Shown here piece by piece: positions 14,090 to 21,038 of a stretch of DNA of 30,348 nt; within the stretch, counting starts at the first letter, position 1; every line of letters starts with the position of its first letter. This DNA comes from an uncultured Candidatus Saccharibacteria bacterium. Its GTDB lineage: Bacteria > Patescibacteriota > Minisyncoccia > 2-02-FULL-40-12 > IGHO2-01-FULL-4-A. The DNA is taken from positions 1-30,348 of the forward strand of contig CAYUQA010000085.1 in NCBI GenBank assembly GCA_964446135.1, written 5' to 3'. The position numbers and the translations under genes are program-made. Under the pieces are notes generated by a model. It made no database searches. It was not told the DNA's origin and was given only the letters and a program-made list of their open reading frames with translations.

Positions 14090-14118
14090 ATAATACAAAA
14101 GATAAAAGAGAAAGTCAA
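14090..14118 (-). promoter_or_regulatory. nusA-tig promoter
   Basis: TTGACT (14118-14113), 17 bp, TATTAT (14095-14090). Confidence 0.7.
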
Positions 14119-14203
14119 ATAATTATTATCTGATCGTGACTCAATCGGCGCGAATGCTTATCGAACAGTCGTTTTCAGCCAATAAGCTAGACATCCAGTC
14201 AAG

Positions 14204-14243
14204 TTATACACATTTTAGGGCATATATCAACAAGTTATCCCCA
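14204..14243 (+). promoter_or_regulatory. Two DnaA-box-like 9-mers upstream of pilB
   Basis: TTATACACA (14204-14212) and TTATCCCCA (14235-14243), each preceded by CAAG; both 9-mers occur in oriC. Confidence 0.45.
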
Positions 14244-14295
14244 CTTATTCCCTTTGACGGAGCCCTCGGGAGTTGATAGACCAAAGATACTTCAG

Positions 14296-14304
14296 TGATA
14301 TAAT
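14296..14304 (+). promoter_or_regulatory. Extended -10 promoter, probably giving a leaderless pilB mRNA
   Basis: TG-A-TATAAT ending 14304; ATG at 14311. Confidence 0.6.
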
Positions 14305-14310
14305 ATATCT

Positions 14311-15957
14311 ATGGTCAATATCTCAACACAGTCACAAAAAAAGACAGCGGAATTGGAAAAAAAGCTCTCGTCGCTTGAGAGCGTTGAGGTTGAGAGCAAC
14401 GTCAAAGAAGAAGCCAAAAAGCTATCCTTGCCGTATGTTGATCTGTCTTCTTACCCCGTCAACGTTAACGCCCTATTTCTACTTAGTGAGCAAGACTCGC
14501 GTACTGGACAGTGCGCTGTTGTTGAAAAGGCTGGGCAGACTATCACAATCGCGGTTAGAGACCCTAAAAACAACCAGACTCTATACATATTAAACACACT
14601 GAAGGACAGGGGGTTTACAATAAATCAAGTCTTAGTATCTGAAGTTGGCCTTGAAAACGTATGGAAACGCTATAGCGAACGCCAAGAAATCAGATTTGAG
14701 AATCCAGGCATTTTAGAAATAGGCGAGGCGGATATCAAATCGATAGAGGATATCGCTAATAAATTAAGTAATCTAGCCGTCACTGACATTTTGGAGAGTA
14801 TTATTGCGGCGGCGCTTAAGGCAGGATCTTCGGACATTCACCTTGAGCCAGAAGAAAAGAGTGTTCGTCTGCGTTTTCGTATTGATGGGGTGCTTCGAGA
14901 TGTAACAAACATCAATCACGACACATATCCGGGAGTATTGTCTCGTATAAAAGTAGTCTCCGGGCTCAAACTCAATATTCACGATGCGCCGCAAGATGGT
15001 CGTTTTACAATCCGCCAGAATAAAAAAGATACTGATGTTCGCGTTTCGATATTACCCGGTGCCTATGGCGAGAATGTAGTCGCTCGTATTTTAAACCCAG
15101 AAGCAGTTACCCATAAGATCGAGGACCTCGGTATGCGACCGGCGCTTTTGGCAGAAACTCGTGAGGTATTAAAGAAAACAACTGGCGCCTTATTGACAAC
15201 GGGACCGACCGGATCAGGAAAAACGACTACACTCTATGCGTTCCTTGAGGAAGTAAACAATTCTGGCGTTAAAATCATCACCATAGAGGACCCAATCGAG
15301 TATCACGTTCAAGGGGTTTCACAAACACAAGTGGACGATACGGCTGACTATACATTTGCTGATGGTTTGCGATCGATTATGCGACAAGATCCGGACGTGA
15401 TTCTGGTTGGAGAAATTCGCGATGGTGAGACAGCCGAGATCGCCATGCAGGCAGCGCTTACAGGACACTTTGTTTTTTCAACACTTCACACCAACGACGC
15501 CGCCGGAGCCATTCCGAGACTGATTGATCTAGGCGTAACTCCCATTACTATAGCTCCGGCTATCAAAGCGGTTATGGCCCAACGCCTTATTAGGCGCATA
15601 TGTAGCGCCTGTGCTGAGAAGAAGTCAATCACAGCAAGTGATAAGGCGACGCTAGAAAAATATTTTAAAAATCTACCGGATAAACAAGCGATTGATATTA
15701 GCTCCATTTCCGAGCTTACATATCCAAAAGGTTGTGATGCCTGTGATAAATCAGGATATAAAGGACGCGTCGGGGTATTCGAACTTTTTACTATTGATGA
15801 CGAGATCGAAAAGTTAATTCTACAATCACCTGCGATATCGACAGTCAGGGATATTGCGATTAAAAAGGGCATGGTCCCGATGTTGCAAGACGGTTTATTG
15901 CGAGTAATTGAAGGTATGACAACCGTCGATGAGGTGATTAGAGTAGTTGGAACGTAA
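14311..15957 (+). CDS. pilB: Type IV pilus assembly/type II secretion ATPase, PilB/GspE family (548 aa)
   Basis: SDIHLEP, Walker A GPTGSGKTT, Asp box TIEDPIEY, Walker B RQDPDVILVGEIRD, His box TLHTND, CxxC..CxxC zinc site. Confidence 0.9.
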   Translation: MVNISTQSQKKTAELEKKLSSLESVEVESNVKEEAKKLSLPYVDLSSYPVNVNALFLLSEQDSRTGQCAVVEKAGQTITIAVRDPKNNQTLYILNTLKDRGFTINQVLVSEVGLENVWKRYSERQEIRFENPGILEIGEADIKSIEDIANKLSNLAVTDILESIIAAALKAGSSDIHLEPEEKSVRLRFRIDGVLRDVTNINHDTYPGVLSRIKVVSGLKLNIHDAPQDGRFTIRQNKKDTDVRVSILPGAYGENVVARILNPEAVTHKIEDLGMRPALLAETREVLKKTTGALLTTGPTGSGKTTTLYAFLEEVNNSGVKIITIEDPIEYHVQGVSQTQVDDTADYTFADGLRSIMRQDPDVILVGEIRDGETAEIAMQAALTGHFVFSTLHTNDAAGAIPRLIDLGVTPITIAPAIKAVMAQRLIRRICSACAEKKSITASDKATLEKYFKNLPDKQAIDISSISELTYPKGCDACDKSGYKGRVGVFELFTIDDEIEKLILQSPAISTVRDIAIKKGMVPMLQDGLLRVIEGMTTVDEVIRVVGT

Positions 15958-16125
15958 ACGAACCCTGACAATCCGCAAGCACTCTCCCGCATCTTAATAA
16001 AACGCGGGGTAGAATAATAGCGAGGTATATCCCAGTCGAAACCAAGATACCCGTCAACAAGAATATTCCAATTGAATCCGATGTCTCCAACAAGATTCAT
16101 GTGCCTGCGGATTGTCAGGGTTCGT
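15958..16125 (-). ncRNA. 6S RNA-like rod-shaped ncRNA (168 nt)
   Basis: 25-bp closing stem (20-bp perfect IR + G-U + 4 bp on -), central region, terminal stem with UUCG tetraloop at 16037-16040 near the midpoint; G-U pairs favour -; TAAGTT -10 candidate at 16137-16132. Confidence 0.6.
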
Positions 16126-16157
16126 ATCAAAAACTTACTACGTAACAACAAATTTAA

Positions 16158-16189
16158 TAAAAAAGCCTTGTAATAACAAAGCTTTTTTA
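16158..16189. terminator. Bidirectional terminator-like hairpin between pilB/ncRNA and ruvB
   Basis: TAAAAAAGC-C-TTGT-AATA-ACAA-A-GCTTTTTTA. Confidence 0.6.
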
Positions 16190-16226
16190 CAAAGAATGTG
16201 CTTAAAGTATACCAAATATTACCACT

Positions 16227-17261
16227 ATGTCAAGGCCAGTCGGTACAGAAAATATCATCGCAAGCCCATCGCAGAATAATGACGAAGTCACCTTTGACTT
16301 AGCTCTTCGGCCACAGGCATTTGATGAGTACATCGGCCAAGAACAGGTTAAGCGCAATTTAAAAATATTAATTGGTGCCGCAAGCAAACGAGGCGAGGCT
16401 CTGGAGCACATCCTAATACATGGCCCATCGGGTCTAGGTAAGACGACACTATCCTATCTTATAGCAAAAGAATTTGGCGCAGCCATAAAAATCACATCTG
16501 GCACTGCGCTTGAAAAGGCTGGTGATATTGGATCCATTCTTACTGGCCTTAGCGATGGTGATTTTTTGTTTATTGATGAAGTGCATAGGCTCAACAAGGC
16601 AGTCGAGGAGACGCTATACCCGGCAATGGAGAACTACAATCTAGATATTATTATCGGCAAAGGTGTCTCGGCAAAAACACTACAAGTGAAGCTCCCGCGC
16701 TTCACTCTGATCGCCGCCACCACAAGAATATCGCTTTTATCCAACCCGTTTCGCTCTCGTTTTGGCGCACATTATAAGTTAGATTTTTATACAACCGAGG
16801 AAATCAGTCGAATATTAGGTCGCTCTGCGAGACTGCTGAATATAGAGATAGACAGCGATGCACTTACAATCATCGCGCAAGCATCTCGCCTGACACCACG
16901 TATCGCGAATAGACTACTAAAGCGCGTCCGAGATTATACACAAGTCCAAAATGCCGAACGCATCACAAAGTCATTAGCTCTTCTGGCGCTGGAGCTCATT
17001 GGCATTGATAATATTGGTCTTGATGATACTGATCGAAAAATATTGCGGATAATAGGTCAAAACTTCCAAGGTGGTCCGGTTGGACTTAAATCAATAGCCG
17101 CCGCCATAGCAGAAGAAGAAGAAACCGTTGAAGATGTTTATGAACCCTACTTACTACAACTCGGCTTGATTGCTCGCACAAGTCGAGGTAGAGTAATAAC
17201 CGATATCGGTAGGGTTCACATAGGCTTAGCTGTCGAACAAAGAGAACAATCTTTTCTATGA
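16227..17261 (+). CDS. ruvB: Holliday junction branch-migration ATPase RuvB (344 aa)
   Basis: LRPQAFDEYIGQ, GPSGLGKTT, FIDEVHRL, YPAMENY, TPRIANRLLKRVRD, EPYLLQLG..RGR. Confidence 0.97.
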   Translation: MSRPVGTENIIASPSQNNDEVTFDLALRPQAFDEYIGQEQVKRNLKILIGAASKRGEALEHILIHGPSGLGKTTLSYLIAKEFGAAIKITSGTALEKAGDIGSILTGLSDGDFLFIDEVHRLNKAVEETLYPAMENYNLDIIIGKGVSAKTLQVKLPRFTLIAATTRISLLSNPFRSRFGAHYKLDFYTTEEISRILGRSARLLNIEIDSDALTIIAQASRLTPRIANRLLKRVRDYTQVQNAERITKSLALLALELIGIDNIGLDDTDRKILRIIGQNFQGGPVGLKSIAAAIAEEEETVEDVYEPYLLQLGLIARTSRGRVITDIGRVHIGLAVEQREQSFL

Positions 17262-17518
17262 TTATTAATTCTATAACATCTTTCCTGAGCACCAACCTAC
17301 CTTCGTTATTACTATTTATTATTCTTGCCGTTTTTATTGTCGGTATATTGTCTATACTCTATCACCTCATTCGATTTGGAATCGGAGCAATTACTAAAAT
17401 AGTAGCTGTGCTTTTATTAATAGCCGCCTTTATTGGCGTTAGTGCAGTACTATATTTTTATAGTCGCGTTGATTTCGCTGATATTATTTCGTTGATTACT
17501 GGCAATTTTAATTTTTAA
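17258..17518 (+). CDS. Small two-TM membrane protein (86 aa)
   Basis: Two hydrophobic segments; ATGA overlap with ruvB stop. Confidence 0.75.
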   Translation: MIINSITSFLSTNLPSLLLFIILAVFIVGILSILYHLIRFGIGAITKIVAVLLLIAAFIGVSAVLYFYSRVDFADIISLITGNFNF

Positions 17519-17520
17519 AT

Positions 17521-18078
17521 ATGCATAAAGTATTTATAAACCAGAAAGAGTACGAGACTGTACGAATCCTATTGCGCAGACATTATCTTTTTCTATTGGC
17601 TATATTTTTAATGTTTGGCATTCTGGCGCTTATCCCTATATTTGGCTACGCTCTTTTAACTAGATTTATCACAATACAGCCTGCTGTACAAAATCTCATA
17701 TTCTTCTTCATTAGTGTCTACTATCTTTTTTGGATTTATGGTTTTTTCTATTCCTTAGCTGATTATCTATTAGATGTTTGGCTTGTCACCGATCATCGTA
17801 TAGTCGACATGAAACAAAATGGCCTTTTTAACCAAGATATCGCCGAAACCAGACTTAGTAACGTCCAAGATGTATCGGTAAGTATCAAGGGAGTTTTAGC
17901 GACATTATTTAGTTTTGGAAATGTCGTCATTCAAACCGCCGGCGCAAAACAAGTCTTCGAATTTCAACAGATACCAAATCCGGTTCGCGTCAAAGATACC
18001 ATACTGAGACTCTTCGATGAATTCACTCGCACCCATGTCGGTGGCACCGAGATACACGAAGAATCAACTCCCACATAA
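17521..18078 (+). CDS. Membrane protein with bacterial PH-like domain (185 aa)
   Basis: Two TM helices followed by WLVTDHRIV..GLF..L.NVQDV.V...G..ATLFSFGNV.IQTAG pattern. Confidence 0.8.
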   Translation: MHKVFINQKEYETVRILLRRHYLFLLAIFLMFGILALIPIFGYALLTRFITIQPAVQNLIFFFISVYYLFWIYGFFYSLADYLLDVWLVTDHRIVDMKQNGLFNQDIAETRLSNVQDVSVSIKGVLATLFSFGNVVIQTAGAKQVFEFQQIPNPVRVKDTILRLFDEFTRTHVGGTEIHEESTPT

Positions 18079-18080
18079 TT

Positions 18081-18689
18081 ATGAAAGTTATCGTTGCCGC
18101 TATCGTCTTTTTTATTACCGCCACAGGGCTCATCCTCTCCACACGTACAGATACAGCTGGCAATGCCGTCATCTCCAATTCGCTGACGCCATCAATATCA
18201 ATAACTAAAAACAGCTCCAGGACTGCGACTATTAATCAAGCTATTACGACAGCTAGTACTAAGGCACTTCGAACTACAGAGGCCACGCTCATACCAGTAC
18301 AGACTCCGGCGCCTTCGCAAACGTATACAGAGACAATAACACCAACAAAAACACCGACACCGACAGTATTAATACCGACAGCTACAACGCCGCCTAAAAC
18401 CCTCACTCCAATACCGACAATACTTACACCAAGTCCCGTCACGATAACTTCTACGCCAACACCCACAACAACACCACAAACGCCGGTTCCAACTCCAGAG
18501 CCAACAACCAGCACGACTACAAGTAACCATATCTATTACACCAGTTCTTATAAGACATCTAAATACTACTACTGCGATACCGATAATGCCTGGAAGGGGC
18601 TTTCACCAAACAACCTAAAATCATTTTCATCGCCCGAAGCATTACTTGCAGAATTCTCAAATCGCAGTCTACATGAACCGTGTAAATAA
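18081..18689 (+). CDS. Membrane-anchored/secreted Thr/Pro-rich protein with small aromatic C-terminal domain (202 aa)
   Basis: N-terminal hydrophobic helix, long TP-rich linker, C-terminal YYTSSY..YYYCDTD.AWKGL domain with two Cys. Confidence 0.75.
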   Translation: MKVIVAAIVFFITATGLILSTRTDTAGNAVISNSLTPSISITKNSSRTATINQAITTASTKALRTTEATLIPVQTPAPSQTYTETITPTKTPTPTVLIPTATTPPKTLTPIPTILTPSPVTITSTPTPTTTPQTPVPTPEPTTSTTTSNHIYYTSSYKTSKYYYCDTDNAWKGLSPNNLKSFSSPEALLAEFSNRSLHEPCK

Positions 18690-18694
18690 ATAAT

Positions 18695-18773
18695 ATGTCC
18701 GGACATTCGAAATGGTCGCAGATCAAACATAAAAAAAGGGGAGGTCGCTGACCAGAAAAAATTAAATTTTTAA
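18695..18773 (+). pseudogene. yebC: 5' remnant of yebC/pmpR (about 26 codons, frameshifted and truncated)
   Basis: ATG 18695 reads MSGHSKWSQIKHKK then stops at 18749-18751; the +1 frame continues VADQKK to TAA 18771-18773; sits directly upstream of ruvC as yebC usually does. Confidence 0.85.
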
Positions 18774-18788
18774 TATACAACCTTTATT

Positions 18789-19265
18789 ATGCGAATACTT
18801 GGTATTGATCCAGGAACATCACTCATTGGTTATGGTGTTATCGAATCACAAAAATCAAAAAATATATCCTTGGCGCATGGCGCCATCAGAACACCACCCA
18901 AAATTCCAACACACGAACGAGTCGCCGAGGTCGAGCGTTTTTTACACAAATTGATAGAACAGTATAAGCCCGATCTCGTCGCTATCGAAAAATTATTTTT
19001 CTTCAAAAATGCCAAAACGGTCATGGCAGTCAGTGAAATGCGTGGCGCACTAATGATGATTGCCAGCAAACATCAACTGCCGGTGCGCGAGTTTACGCCG
19101 CTTCAAGTTAAGCAGGCGGTAACAGGCTATGGTCGTGCTGAGAAGCATCAGATACAACAAATGGTCACAATAATCTTGAATTTAAAAGAAGTTCCAAAGC
19201 CCGATGATGTTGCTGATGCTTTAGCTATTGCAATTTGCTGTGCGAATACTATAGTGTACCAATAA
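18789..19265 (+). CDS. ruvC: Crossover junction endodeoxyribonuclease RuvC (158 aa)
   Basis: ILGIDPG, VAIEKLFF, E.TPLQVK.AVTGYG.A.K.Q, DDVADALAIA. Confidence 0.96.
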   Translation: MRILGIDPGTSLIGYGVIESQKSKNISLAHGAIRTPPKIPTHERVAEVERFLHKLIEQYKPDLVAIEKLFFFKNAKTVMAVSEMRGALMMIASKHQLPVREFTPLQVKQAVTGYGRAEKHQIQQMVTIILNLKEVPKPDDVADALAIAICCANTIVYQ

Positions 19266-19352
19266 TACTTTTTGTCTCCAAATTTTTTAACAGACTCCCC
19301 GACAAGATTTGAGTGGTAGGTCTTAATATAATTTGGCGAAAAAAGCAGATTT

Positions 19353-19463
19353 ATGAGTAACGAAGAATATCGCTACCGTCTTGATGATGAAGAAGAAAAT
19401 GATGATTTAGATGAAGATGAAGACGAAGAAGAAGAGGAAGAAGATGATGAGGACGAATCTTAA
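19353..19463 (+). CDS. Hyper-acidic microprotein A (36 aa; MSNEEYRYRLDDEEENDDLDEDEDEEEEEEDDEDES)
   Basis: Translated by hand; 25 of 36 residues are D/E with mixed synonymous codons; TATAAT at 19327-19332; shares EEYR..LD with the next ORF. Confidence 0.65.
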   Translation: MSNEEYRYRLDDEEENDDLDEDEDEEEEEEDDEDES

Positions 19464-19482
19464 TTTTTTAGCTTTAGATTAT

Positions 19483-19511
19483 TTGCATTTTATAAAGAGT
19501 CATATTATAGT
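19483..19511 (+). promoter_or_regulatory. Promoter for microprotein B
   Basis: TTGCAT (19483-19488), 17 bp, TATAGT (19506-19511). Confidence 0.55.
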
Positions 19512-19597
19512 ATCCCCGAACCATAACACTGCTTGTATCTGGATCGCGTGTCGCTTATTTAAACGGTGTGTCAATTCAGATAGGAGAGGTACACAGT

Positions 19598-19684
19598 ATG
19601 ATTCAAGAAGAATATCGTCTCGATGGTGAGACAACCGAGGCTACACCAGCAGCAGAAGAAAAAAATGAAGAACAAGCTGCGTAG
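19598..19684 (+). CDS. Acidic microprotein B (28 aa; MIQEEYRLDGETTEATPAAEEKNEEQAA)
   Basis: AGGAGAGGT Shine-Dalgarno at 19582-19590, own promoter and terminator, N-terminus similar to microprotein A. Confidence 0.7.
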   Translation: MIQEEYRLDGETTEATPAAEEKNEEQAA

Positions 19685-19698
19685 TTCTCACTCAATAC

Positions 19699-19728
19699 AA
19701 AAACCACTCAACAGGCAGAGTGGTTTTT
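19699..19728. terminator. Bidirectional terminator between microprotein B and tyrS
   Basis: AAAAACCACTC-AACAGGCA-GAGTGGTTTTT. Confidence 0.8.
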
Positions 19729-19745
19729 ATTTACTGATGTAGAGC

Positions 19746-20969
19746 CTAGCTCTCGTCTATTTTTAAAAACCGGTGCGAACCAATTTGAATTATATCGCCT
19801 TTTTTGATGGCGATATTTGGATTGTCTATTTTTTCACCATTAATTGAAATGCCTTTTTGCTCAACCAGACGACGCACTTCTGATTTTGAGACAATAACTC
19901 CACTATTGTTTAAAACATCAGCTAAACTTTCATTATCCGAAGTAGGTGAGTAGCTTTTAATATCCTTAGGAATTTCTTTTTCAGTAAATTCTTTCTGCGA
20001 CTGATCGGCGGCAATATCACCATGATATATGCGTGTAATTTCGTGTGCTAAGGCCAATTTAAAATCACGATAATCAGTGGAATTCTCATCAGATTTTTTC
20101 TGCCATGCTTTTATTTTTTGCCGACCATTTTCAGTATCACACACTTCGGTACACAGTTCAAAGACAGTCTTAATCATCTCATCTGGAATAAAAGCCATAA
20201 CCTTACCAAACATTTCTCGAGGAATCTCATCAAGAGCGATAAGTCCGCCCTCGCTCTTGCTCATTTTTTTACCAGAATCGGCATTAACCAATAATCGTGT
20301 TGCTAATACTATTTTGTCTTTTTTTAAATATTCTTTTTCGAGATCGCGACCAATAAGCATATTAAAAATCTGATCGTTGCCGCCAATCTCGCCATCAACT
20401 TCAAGTGCCACCGAATCATAGCCCTGCATTAATGGGTAAAAGAACTCGTGTAAATAAATCGGTTTTTTATTTTTAATTCTCTCCTGAAACATATCTCTCT
20501 CTAAAAGCTGTTGCACTGTCACTCTACTGGAAAGATCGAGTACGCGCTCGAGGTTAAGAGATTCAAGCCATGTCCTATTGTAGACAATATCAAAACTATC
20601 TTCTTTAAGAATTTTATGCACTTGATCGACATAGGTCAGCATATTCTGCTCTATCTCTTCTGATGATAATGTAGTGCGAGCGGCGGCTTTATCCATAGGA
20701 TCACCTATACGAGCAGTAAAATCGCCGATAAGAAGAGTAATTTTATGTCCAAGTTCAGAGATGTGTTTTAGTAAGAATAATGGAACTGTATGTCCCAGAT
20801 GAAGAGATGGTCCAGTAGGATCAATACCGAAATAAAAATGCAGTTGCTCTTCTAAGGCAAAGCGCTTAAGCACCATCTCGCGATTAGGGAAAAAATGCAT
20901 TATACGACCGCCATCTTCTTCTAAACGTAAAATAATATCTATCGCTTTTTTGTCGGTATTTATAGTCAT
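19746..20969 (-). CDS. tyrS: Tyrosine--tRNA ligase (407 aa)
   Basis: GIDPTGPSLHLGH (HIGH), YPLMQGYD, GGNDQIFN, KMSKS, C-terminal S4 domain. Confidence 0.97.
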   Translation of the reverse strand: MTINTDKKAIDIILRLEEDGGRIMHFFPNREMVLKRFALEEQLHFYFGIDPTGPSLHLGHTVPLFLLKHISELGHKITLLIGDFTARIGDPMDKAAARTTLSSEEIEQNMLTYVDQVHKILKEDSFDIVYNRTWLESLNLERVLDLSSRVTVQQLLERDMFQERIKNKKPIYLHEFFYPLMQGYDSVALEVDGEIGGNDQIFNMLIGRDLEKEYLKKDKIVLATRLLVNADSGKKMSKSEGGLIALDEIPREMFGKVMAFIPDEMIKTVFELCTEVCDTENGRQKIKAWQKKSDENSTDYRDFKLALAHEITRIYHGDIAADQSQKEFTEKEIPKDIKSYSPTSDNESLADVLNNSGVIVSKSEVRRLVEQKGISINGEKIDNPNIAIKKGDIIQIGSHRFLKIDES

Positions 20970-21001
20970 ATTTTAAATTATCATATCGTATCAATAGAAC
21001 C

Positions 21002-21030
21002 TTGTAAACCGAGTCGTTTTATGTCATAAT
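21002..21030 (+). promoter_or_regulatory. Promoter for PBP1A, near-leaderless
   Basis: TTGTAA (21002-21007), 17 bp, TG-T-CATAAT (21025-21030); ATG at 21039. Confidence 0.55.
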
Positions 21031-21038
21031 CGGGGTTC

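Noticed and set aside
15958-16125. MITE interpretation of the 20-25-bp inverted repeat
   Set aside because: No target-site duplication in the flanks and no second copy in the window; G-U pairs and a central UUCG loop favour a strand-specific RNA. Not fully excluded without the genome.
15486-16151. 221-aa minus-strand ORF
   Set aside because: Shadow of pilB for most of its length and runs through the rod-RNA; no recognisable motifs.
19411-19629. 72-aa Lys/Met-rich ORF from the track
   Set aside because: Alternative-frame reading of the GAT/GAA codons of microprotein A; it crosses a promoter and lacks start signals.
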